This document shows positions 14,001 through 26,000 of a DNA stretch of 64,000 nucleotides, piece after piece. The stretch is from Chiloscyllium plagiosum. Its lineage: Eukaryota. The position numbers and the translations under genes are program-made. Position 1 is the stretch's first letter. Each line of letters begins with the position of its first letter. The notes beneath the pieces were generated by a model. The model was not told where the DNA came from, did no database searches, and saw only the letters and a program-made list of their open reading frames with translations. Location: contig NC_057719.1 in NCBI RefSeq assembly GCF_004010195.1, positions 49,189,336 to 49,253,335 of the forward strand. The letters are read 5' to 3'.

Positions 14001-17000
14001 CTCGTCCATGCCGACCTGATATCCCAACCCAATCTAGTCCCACCTGCCAGCACCTGGCCCTTGTCCCTCCAAATCCTTCCTATTCATATACCAATCTAGA
14101 TGCCTTTTAAATGTTGCAATTGTACTAGCCTCCACCACTTCCTCTCGCAGCTCATTACATATACGTACCACCCTCTGTGAAAAAACTGCTCCTTAGGTCT
14201 CTTTTGTATCTTTCCCCCCTCATGCTAAACCTACACCCTCTCATTCTGGACTCCCCTCATAATTTTGTAAGCCTTTATAAGGTCATCCCTCAGTCTCCCA
14301 ACACTCCAGGGAAAAAAGCCCTAGCCTATTCAACCTCTCCCTATAGCTCAAATCCACCAATCCTGGCAACATCCTTGTAAATCTTTTCTGAACACTTTCA
14401 AGTTTCACAACATCTTTCCGATAGGAAGGAGACCAGCATTTCACACAATATTCCAACAGTGGCCTAACCAATGTCCTGTACAGCTGCAACATGACCTCCT
14501 AACTCCTGTACTCAATACTCTGACCAATAAAGGAAAGCATACCAAATGCTTTCTTCACTATCCTATCTACCTGCAACTCCACTTTCAAGGAGCTATGACC
14601 TGCACTCCAAGGTCTCTTTGTGCAGCAACACTCCCTAGGATCTTACTGTTAAGTGTATAAGTCCGACTAAGATTTGCTTTCCCAAAATGCTGCACCTCGC
14701 ATTTATCTGAATTAAACTCCATCTGCCAGTTCCAACTCATTGGCCCATCTGATCAAGATCCCGTTGTAATCTGAGGTAACCTCCTTCGCTGTCCACTACA
14801 CCCCCAATTTTGGTGTCATTTGCAAACTTACTAACTACTACTTATCCTCACATCCAAATCATTTATATAACTGATGAAATATAGTGGACCCAGCACCGAT
14901 TCTTGTGGCACTCCACTGGTCACAGGCCTCCAGTCTGGAAAACAACCCTTCTCCACCACCACCCTCTGTCTACTACCTTTGAGCCAGTTCTGTATCCAAA
15001 TGACTAGTTCTCCCTGCATTCCGTGAGATCTAACCTTGCTAACCAGTCTCCCACGGGGAATCTTGTCGAATGCCTCACTGAAGTCCATATAGATCACATC
15101 TACTGCTCTGCCCTCATCAATCCTCTTTGTTACTTCCTCAAAAAAACTCAATGAAGTTTATGGGACATGATTTCCCTTGCACAAAGCCATGTTGACTATC
15201 CATAATCAGTCCTTGCCTTTCCAAATAAATGTGCATCCTATCCGTCAGGATTCTTTCCAACAACTTGCCCACCACTGACGTCAGGCTCACTGGTCGATAG
15301 TTCCCTGGTTTGTCCTTGCCACCTTATACAGTGGCACCATGTTAGCCAACCTCCAATCTTTCCACACCTGACCTGTGAGTATCGATGATACAAATACTTC
15401 AACAAGAGGCACAGCAATCACTTCCCTAGCTTCCCACAGTTCTAGGGTACACCTGTTCAGGTCCTGGGGGTTTATCCACTTTTTTGCGTTTCAAGACTTC
15501 CAGCACTTCCTCCTCTGTAATATGGACATTTTTCAAGATCTATTTCCCTGCAGTTTATATCTTCCGTCCTTTTCCACAGTAGGTACTGATGCAAAATACT
15601 CGTTTAGTATCTCCCCCCATCTGCAGCTCCATGCAAAGGCTGCCTTGCGCCTTATTCTCTCCCTATTTACCCTTTCAGCCTTAATGTATTTCTAAAAGCA
15701 CTTTGGATTCTCCTTAACTCTATTTGCCAAAGCTATCTCATGTCCCCTTTTTGCCCTCCTGATTTCTGTCAACTATACTCCTACTGCCTTATACTCTTCT
15801 AAGCATTCACTTGATCTATTCTGTCAATACCTGACATAGGCTTCCTTTTTTTTTAACCAAACCCTCAATTTCTTTAGTCATCCAGTATTCCCTATACCTA
15901 CTAGTCTTTCCTTTTACCCTAATTGGAATATAATGTCTCTGGACTCTCGTTATCTAATTTCTGAAGGTTTCCCATTTTCCAGCCGTCCCTTTATCTGCGA
16001 ACATCTGCCCCCAATCAGCTTTTGAAAGTTCTTGCCTAATACTCTCAAAATTGGCCTTTCTCCAATTTAGAACTTCAGCTTTTAGATCTGGTCGATCCTT
16101 TTCCATCAGTATTTTAAAACTAAGAGAATTAAGGTTGCTGGCCCCAAAGTGCTCCCCCACTGACACCTCAGTCACCTGCCCTGCTTATTTCCCAAGAGTA
16201 GGTCAAGTTTTGCATCTTCTCTAGTCGGTACATCCTCAAACTGAATCAGAAAATTTTCTTGAATGCATTTAACAAATCCCTCTCCATCTAAACCCTTAAC
16301 ATTATGGCAGTCCCAGTCTATGTTTGGAAAGTTAAAATCCCCTACCATAACTACCTTATTATTCTTACAGGTAACTGAGATCTCCTTACAAATTTGTTTG
16401 ACTAATCCGGGGTCTAAAGTACAATCCCAATAAGGTGATCATCCCTTTCTTATTTCTCAGTTCAACCCAAATAGCTTCCCTGGATGTATTTCTGGGAATA
16501 TCCTCCCTCAGTACAGCTGTAATGCTATCCCTTATCATAAATGCCACTCCCCTTCCTCTCTTGCCTCCCTTTCTGTCCTTCCTGTAGCATTTCTATTGTA
16601 GAACATTAAGCTGCCAGTCTTGTCTATCCCTGAGCCACGTTTCTGTAATTGCTATGATATCCCAGTCCCGTGTTCCTAACCATGCCCTGAGTTCATCTGT
16701 CTTCCCCGTTGGGCCCCTTGCATTGAAATAAATGCAGTTCAATTTATCTGTCCTACCTTGTTCTCTGATTTGTTCCTGCCTGCCCTGACTGTTTGACTTG
16801 CTCCTGTTCTCAATTGTCTCAGATTGATCTATTTCTTCACTATTGCCTGGGTCCCACCCCCACCTTACTAGTTTAAATCCTCCCGAGCAGCTCTAGCAAA
16901 TTTCCCTGCCAGTATATTAGTCCCCTTCCGATTTAGGTGCAATCCGTCCTTCTTGTACAGGTCACTTCTACCCCAAAAGAGCTTCCAATGATCCAAAAAT

Positions 17001-20000
17001 GTGAACCCTTCACCCATACACCAGCTCCTCAACCATGCATTCATCTGCTCTATCCTCCTATTCCTGCCCTCACTGGCTCATAACACCGGGAGTAATCCAG
17101 ATATTACTACTCTCGAGGACCTCCTTTTTAAATTCCTCCCTAACTCTCTCTACTCTCCCTTCAGAATGTCAACCTTTTCCCTTCTTATGTCGTTGGCTCC
17201 AATGTGTACAATGACGTCCTGCTGACCCCTCTTCACCCTTTAGGTCATTCTGCACTCTCTCTGAGATATCCTTGATTGTGGCACCAGGGAAACAACACAC
17301 CTTTGAGTTTTTGCTGCTGGCCACAGAAATATCTGTCTGTACCTTGGACCACAGAGTCCCCTAACACAGTCGATCTCTTGGAACCCGACATATCCCTTGT
17401 TGCATTAGAGCCAGTCTCAATACCAGAAACTTGGCTGTTCGTGCTACGTTCCCCTGAGAATCCATCACCCCCTATATTTTCCAAAACAGCATACTTGTTT
17501 GAAATGGGGATAGCCACAGAAGACTCCTGTACCACCTGCCTACCTTTCTTACCTTTCCTGGAGTTAACCCATCTATGTGACTATATCTGCGACTTTACCT
17601 CCTCCTTATAACTGGCATCCACCATGTCCCCTTGCTGTTGTAAATTCCTCATTGTCTCTAACTGTCTCTCCAACCAATCCATTCGATCTGAGAATTTGCA
17701 ACCAACGGTATTTATTGCAGATATAATCCTCAGTAACACTTAAACTCCCTAAGCTCCCACATCCTACCAGAAGAGCATATCACTCTACTGAAGGTCATTT
17801 TTGCTTCTTTCAATCTACAGACCCAGAAAATAGCACTGTCTTATTCCTCTACAAAACACTACGCCAGGTTAAATTAATTATTATGGCTGATATTTTTAAG
17901 TTTAATCAAGAGACATATCTCAATATAGCTTACAATCAAGAAAGAACTCACTCTACTCACTACTGCAGACTTACTGCAAGGCCACGCTTAAAATATTCAC
18001 TTGTCTGTTTCTGTGCTGTGACCTCTCCCAAATAGGTTCCTCCAAGATTAGTTGTAAAATTTCCCAGGTGCACTCCGATGTCCAGTGATACATGAATTCA
18101 AACAGCAAAGGCAGTAACTGTGCAGGTTCGCTGTTGTTATAAGTACTCTGCAATCTCACCCTTAGTCATGGACTCTACAATTTTAGCAGTCACCAAGATC
18201 AGATTAACCGGCCTGTAGTTTCCTATTTTCTGCCTCCCTCTCCTTAAACTGGGGTGTTACATTAACCATTTTCCAGGCCCCTTGGAACTCCGCTGACTCA
18301 GTGATTCCTGAAACAACATCAACAATACCTTGACAATCTCCTTCAAAAATCTGGCATGTCGTCCACCTTCAAGCCTTTGAACTTCCCAGCCCCTTGTCCT
18401 TAGTGATAACCACTACTCTCACCTCTGCCCTCTAACTCTCTTGAAGTTCTGGTATGTTGCTGGTGTCTTCAACTGTGGAAAAACTGATGCAAAATCCCTC
18501 TTTGTTTCTGATGCCATTCCTTTGTCCCCATTAATACTTATCCAGCCTTATTTTCCAGCAGTCCAGTGCCTACTTTTGCCTCTCTTAGTTTTCTGACAAA
18601 ACTCTTACTATCTTCTATTATTTTACTAGCTAGCTTACCTCATATTTCATCTTCTACCCCTTATTGTTTTTTTAGTTGTCCTGTGCTGGTTTTTAAAGAC
18701 TTGCCATTAATGTTCACCATATTGTATGCCTTTTCTTTTGCTTTTATGTTGTCCCTGACTACTTTTGTCAGCCATCGTTGCCTCATCCTCCCTTTAACTA
18801 TGTTTCTTTTTCTATAAATATCTGTTCTTTGAGATTTGATTTCATATCTGTATGTATCTCAACTGTTTCAGTCGCAAGTTTTCATGTTTCTCTTCTTAAT
18901 TTGTCTCAATTTCATTTACTTGCCACTCTCTCTTCAGACTCTTACTGACTTAATTTACTCCAGTTGCTTAAATATCATGACTGCTACACTTCCCTAACCA
19001 CTTCAGTGTCTATCATATTAATTTCAGTTTCCTCTGTCTCTTATCTGATTCAGCCTTACCCGTGTTTCAAACTTTTCATTCCCTCTCACTTACCTATTTG
19101 TGTCAGACTTTGATATCTGCTTAAAAGCAACAGACTGTGGATGCTGGAACTGGTGGCATCTGTGGAGAGAGAAACCGAGTCAATGCTTCAAGTCTAATAT
19201 GACCTTTCTCTGGGAAGAATAATTGTACTGGACTTGAAATGTTAACTCTGTTTCTCTCTCCACAGATGTTGCCACATCTGGCAGGTTTCTCCAGCATTTT
19301 GTTTTTATTTAAGGTTTATTTCAAATTTATAAAAGCTGAAGTTCCTGCAGCTGAAATTGTGAAATAGGGAATGAAAGAAGCGCTCAGTGGATCAGGCAGC
19401 ATTAGGGGAAGAGAAAAAAGTGTGTATGTGTGTAATGAGGGGGAGCGAGGTGGGAAGTGTGAGAAATACATATTTAGTCGGTGCTGCTAAAATATGGATA
19501 TAGTGTTCACAATGCATTTTTTAAAAATAAAAAATGAAAAGATATTTGTTCTTCATTGGAAGCTATGACAATCAAACACTGAGAATCTGATTCTTTAAAT
19601 AGAATATTTGCTTTACAATTTAATCTCCTCTTCATTTACACTTATTAAAATAGACAATTTATCTTCTTTTTCCAGGGGTATGCTCACTGTGTGGATGTGT
19701 ACATAAAACAGTGCCAGGAGGTAATCTGTTTTAAGTCCTCTTTCTGTGTAATTGTTTCTGTTTCGTTGTATTAATTGTCCAACAGTTTTGTTTATATACA
19801 TGCAAAATGTGTTCTTGAAGCTCTGACTATGTTTGCTGTAATACTGTAATCTTTTGATTTTGTAGTGTAGTTAAAATCTTGTCTGTGCAGGTTTCATATT
19901 TCAGGAATGATTTATTTGAAGATACAGCCACGTTATGCCAACGAGTAAATAAAGAAGTTCGTGAAGTCTTCAGCAACCCAGAGAATGTGATGGCCAAACT

Positions 20001-23000
20001 GATACAAAACATTTTTGAAATTAAACTTCAGGTAAAGGGATTACTATTGCAGATAAAATTTAATGTTCTTTAACGAGGGAAAATCCAAGCAGTTTTACTT
20101 CCTACTCGTGGTTCAGTGAATGCATAGAAAAATTAAAGCATAGAATGGGGACGATTACTCTGCCTGTCTGCATAGTCAACTCCTCTAGTTTCATTCACCT
20201 GCCTTTTCCTCATCTGACGTTTTCTCACTCCACATTTATTCATTCTCTTTTTGAAATTTCAATTAATTTTACCTCCATTTCCTTCTCCGGTAGTGATTTC
20301 TGGATCTTAACAACTTAATTTTTACAGAAAGTTTTTCCTCATGCCAGATGAAGGGCTTTTGACTTAAACGTCGATTTTCCTGCTGCTCAGATGCTGTCTG
20401 ACCTGCTGTGCTTTTCCAGCACCACTCTAATCTTGACTCGAATCTCCAGCATCTGCAATACCCACCTCCGCCCTGTATGCATATTTTGTCAACCACCTTA
20501 AATCTGTGTCTTTTATTTTTCGATTCTTCTGGCAGTGAAAACTGCTTTTCTCTACTGTAGCCAGAGCCCCTTCAGTTTCGAGCATTTCTTAGTCTTCTGT
20601 TCTCTAAAGGAAACCACCTTCAATCTCTCTTCAAACTGTGCATCCTTCGTAAAATGCGGAGCCCCAAACTGGATGTAGCATATTAGTTGATGTTGAACCA
20701 GTATTTTAAGCAAGTTTATCATAACATCCTTGTTGCACTCTTTTATTTGTAAAGCCTGAAATCCTGCACGTTTTTTTCACTGCTTCCTCTCACGTTCTGT
20801 CATCTTCAAAGATTTTGCATATTAAGCCAACTTGTCTTCACCCTTTTAGCATTGAAACCTTTCTCTTGTGTTGCTCCTCCTTTTTCCTATCAAAATTAGT
20901 CACAATACACTTCATTGTGTTAAATCCCATTAACAATTTTGACTGCCATTTCAACTCTTGAAGTTTAGGTCTATCACCCGAACAGTTCATCTTAATTTTA
21001 ATGATCTGCAAATGTGTGCTTTCTACACTAAAATTTAGTTTATTACTGTACATGAAGAGGAGTGGTATCCTAAAATGAGCCCTTGGGGATTCCTTTCTAT
21101 ACTTTCCTGCAGTCTGAATAAAAAGTTGACTGTTTATCTTTCCAGTTGCTTAGCCAATTTTATTTCCGTACTGCTATTGTACGACTTACTCTCGGAACTT
21201 TAACATTACTGATCTGTTTTGTGATGCTTTATGAAATACTTTTGAAAGTCCATGCACACTACATCAATTTCATTAGCTTGTCAACCATGCCATTTGTTTG
21301 TTTATTTTTTGACGTATATGAGCCCTCTATTGCCTTGAGTGCTGTTATACCAGGAAAAATAATTTAATATAAGGCACCAACCCAATGACAACAATAAATC
21401 ATTACTTAACTTAGGTTTTGCAAGATGATCTTTCGACTGCATGTCTGTACCATATCAAGAATATGCAATTCCTCTTTAATAACATCTCTGTTCTTTCCTT
21501 GCCTGAGTACATTGCTACAAAAACCCTCATGCATGGCTTTGCTATCTCTAGGCTTGAGTCTTCCAACGTTGCTCTGGCTGACCTCCATCCTCACAGCAAA
21601 TCCCATTCACTGATCAAACTCACTAACCTATACTGGCTCCCTTTCTAGCAGTGCGCCTGTTTTAAATCTCATTGCTGATCTCAAATCCCTTTAAGGCTTC
21701 ACTCTTCCATATAAGTTTTTGCATACAATTGCAGTCAGTTCTGCTATAACACATGTTTCTTCAATGCAATTTGGCTTTAATGCAGTTGAAAACTTTAGCC
21801 TGTTACTTGTGGAATGTGAACTTTTATTACCTGTATAGGTTCCTGAAGAAGGGCTTATGCCCGAAATGTCGATTCTCCTGCTCTTGGGATGCTGCTTGGC
21901 CTGCTGTGTTTCTCCAGCACCACATTTTTCAACTCTGGTCTCCAGCATCTGCAGTCCTCACTTTCTCCTAGGTTATAATGCGATTCAGGCCTGATTAGTT
22001 TAAGTGGGGTGGCTATTGCGAATTTTCTTAACGCGTGATCACATGAGAATGGAACTATCATGTTATCAGAACTGACTGTATTGAAAGTTTCTGTTCCCCA
22101 GTTCAGTCCTATAAATCCTTGGGTTTTATCATTGCATCACTGGAGGTGGCCATATCTTAAGTTGTCTAGGCCCGAAGCTTCTGAATTCACTGTTTAATCC
22201 TTCTCACATCTCATATTTTCCACTTTTGTCTTCTTTTAAAATGCTGTTAGAAGCCATCCCTACGATGAAACTTTTAGTCACCAGTCCTTATGGGCCATGG
22301 TATCGAATTTTGTTTAAAAGTGCACTTCTGAAGTGGCTTGGTATGTTTTATTGTGTGAAAACAGCAATTTATATGAACGTTGGTTATTGTTTTGCTTAAT
22401 TTGGAAAGAATATTCATTTAATTTTTTTGATAGGAACTCTGATAGAACTTTAGTCTTAATTTTGTCACTCCAAATTACTTTAACTTCTTTGTCATATTAA
22501 ATTAAATGCCATAATAACAACCTTTTTATAAATCTTTAATGTAGCAACATATCCCAATGGTTAACAGGAGTGATTTTCAGTATTAGAAAAATTGACAATG
22601 AAGTAGGGACAAGTGACCAACAGTTCGGCTAAGAATAGGTTTTAAGGAGTGTCTATAACAGTGGACTGACTTAGGATGTAAGCTACAGAAGTTTGGGTGA
22701 CCTCCAGTTTACAAGGATATAATATGGAGGCTGGACAGGAGTGTGTTGGAATAGTCAAGATTGAAGGTAACAGAAGTTTGGGTGAGGGTTTCGGCTAAGG
22801 CAGTAGTGAAAATCAGCTAGCAATTGGTGATCTTGCTGAATGAGAAGATATGGGATCAAAACCTGAGTGCAAGGTCAAGTAAAATGCCAAGGTTGTGAAT
22901 TGTCAGAGACCATGGAATGGTGTTTGTGTTGAGGACCAAACACTGGCTCCTACTTCATGACAATGTCTTATACTTGCTGTGCTTAATGCATGCCATTTAA

Positions 23001-26000
23001 CTATGTTTTCTCACAAATCTGTTTTTTTAAAAAATGGATGTGCTACAGTTTAAAAACAGTAAATATCAAACAACTTATAAGTTCAGTCTTGGAATCTTGA
23101 TCTTTGAGCCAATTCTCTTGTGACACATAGCCAACCCTTGCTTGTTCTGACTTCCTGATTTATCATGATTATCATTAAGGGGTTTAACGTATTTAATTTG
23201 TTTTTAAAATGTAAATTCACCATTATGAACAATTTGCTAGTGTTTGTGATTGCATTTTAATATTTCTACTGCAGAGGTGATTATTCGCTGGGCACTTTCA
23301 CCAGCGATGTGACTGCTGCAGTCAGATTATTGTCACTAACTGTTAGCAGATTCAATATTCACATTGAGTGCTAGAAACTCTTGTCCATTCTATGCCTGTT
23401 TAGAGTTTTATCCGAGATCGATTAGAAGAATGTAAAAAGTCTGATGCAGAAGAATACCTAAAGAATCTGTACGATCTGTATACAAGGTAAGATGTTACCA
23501 GTAATGCCATCTTTTAACTGTAAGAAACTCCTGCTTCTGTTTTAGGCCCTGTAACCAGCATTGATAGATCATTTTTAAAAAAGTATGAAGTCTCAGTCAT
23601 TGACTTCAAGAAATTAAAATATGAATTCCAATGTGTATAATGGGGAGTGATATGAGGGTTAGGGAGGAGGTGACTTATTAATCACTGTGTATCAATCTAC
23701 ATTTAGTTTTTATAGATTAACAACTTACAAAATATTTAATCTCATTTTGATTTGAATTACAATTTGCCAGTGACAAGATTGATATACTGTATCTATTAAG
23801 GTGAACAGAATTTTCCTTTGTTTTTCTCATCTTGTAATTTGTGAGCAGTTGTTTCAGCTACAGTGAGAATGTTCACTTTCTAAACACTCATTTGATCTGT
23901 ATAATGAATATTTCTCAATGTGCAATATTTGTGTCATATTATTATTTTCAAGGTGATTATGTGGGAAGTAAGCTCATAATTTGTCAATGGCAGTTTCTCT
24001 ATTACATATTTAATCAAACCAATCCATAAACTTTCAATGTGCAAGGAAATAAATAACTTATTTTCTGTCTGTTGTAGAAAGTTATCTTAAAACTATTTCC
24101 CTTCTGCCCTTTTTTAGAAAATAACCGGTAACCATTTTTCTGCATACAATGATTTGATTAAGATATTTTGTTCCTGGAACGACCTAAGTTCTTAAGCATT
24201 CAGAGTGAAAAATCCCAGAATTTAAAAAGCAAATGTCTTTTGCAGTCGGTGATTTCCATCAATGGATGGAGTTACACTGTAGCTAGGAGTCAAGATCTGA
24301 CTATATAAAAAGAGCACAACATGATAAAGAGTGCATTAAGAGAATTATTTGAAAGGTGAAAGGAAATATACTGATAATTGACTTTCAGCAACATAAATAC
24401 CTCCTCTTACGTGTGGTTGAAAGAAGGCTCTACCATTGAAAATTTTAAAACAGTGTAGCCAGGGAACTGAGAGGATGGCATGGTGGCTGAGTGGAGAATT
24501 TATTGTAAAGCTTAAAAGAATAGGAAAGAGGGATAAAGTGGTAAATATGAACTACATCCTGAGCTCTCCTCAGCCGAGCGAGTTGTGTTTGAGACTTCAA
24601 TTCCCTTGTAATGGCCAGTATGTTGCACATTGGTTCTTTCCTGGTATGGGTGACTTAACATTTGTATTGTATTTCTTATACACCAACTCTGAAATTCGGT
24701 CCCTCTTAGGTGACAGGTAATTAGGTCTCAAGTCCGGTTCCTCAAATATAGTAAAATAAAACACCGAAGAATTGCAATACTCAAATGAAGAAACTAACCT
24801 GATTAAAGTAAACATTAAGCAACCTTTGGGTTTGAATTATGCATTTGCATTGAGAATTGACACTGTCCTATTCATAGCATCACTTATAAATTTACACACA
24901 GCTTGAAACTTATTATAATCCTAAAATGCTAATGTGGATTCTGAAATCAGAATTTGCAGATAATGGAACTGAAAAACAAAAACAAGCCTTGAATTTGGTA
25001 TAACTTGATAATAGTTTTAACTTGACACGTCAAAAGCTGAATAGTATATATTCCAGCGTTTTAAGAGTCAGGAGGAAATTTGGGAAGCTCTAATGATCTG
25101 TTACAATTGACAATTAAAAAATACTGTCCTTGAGCAAGATGTTAGTTTCAGTACACCATGCTGCAGCATTTTATACAATTTACTTGAGATGTCACTTGCT
25201 CATTAAATGGTCCAAGTGACTGGTCGAGCAATATTTCACGTTGAGTTATGTTGAGTGCATTACAGTTAAGCCTCAAATGTATGCCTGGTAATCAATTCCA
25301 TTATATTACAAAAGATCACAGCAACACTGTCTATTTCATGGATGCCTGAGACATTTTTGTCACTTTTGAAATTAGATTAGATTAGATTACTTACAGTAAG
25401 TAATCTAATCTAATCTAATTTCAAAAGTGACAAAAATGTCTCAGGCATCCATGAAATAGACAGTGTTGCTGTGATCTTTTGTAATATAATGGAATTGATT
25501 ACCAGGCATACATTTGAGGCTTAACTGTAATGCACTCAACATAACTCAATGTGAAATATTGCTCGACCAGTCACTTGGACCATTTAATGAGCAAGTGACA
25601 TCTCAAGTAAATTGTATAAAATGCTGCAGCATGGTGTACTGAAATGATGAAAAGACACTTTATAAATATTAAGAGATTTCTTATATTCTGCGAATGCATG
25701 GGAAATTTTGAGAATAGTTAAGGTATTGAATGGAGGAATGAAAATAATACATAAACATTAGGGGACAAATGTCAGTTTGGATGGAAATGGTTGGGTAGAA
25801 GTGAGGATTTTATAGTCCTATTTCCTATCTACATAATTTGTCTTGACCTCAAACTAGAAATACAATCTGAAAATTTAACAAATGTATCAAACTGGAAGAG
25901 CAAAGCATAAACAGAAAGTGACTATTATATACTGGTGGGCAGGATAATGCCAAAATAAAGTTTCTGGTGGCACGGTGGCACAGTGGTTAGCACTGCTGCC

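Noticed and set aside
19891..19904. Alternative acceptor tttcag 14 nt into exon 9
   Set aside because: It would shift the frame; the upstream AG gives the expected 141-nt exon and there is no transcript evidence.
25371..25419. (TTAGA)n as a telomere-like or CRISPR-like repeat
   Set aside because: It is the SINE 3' tail repeat, not TTAGGG, and there is no repeat-spacer array in this eukaryotic sequence.
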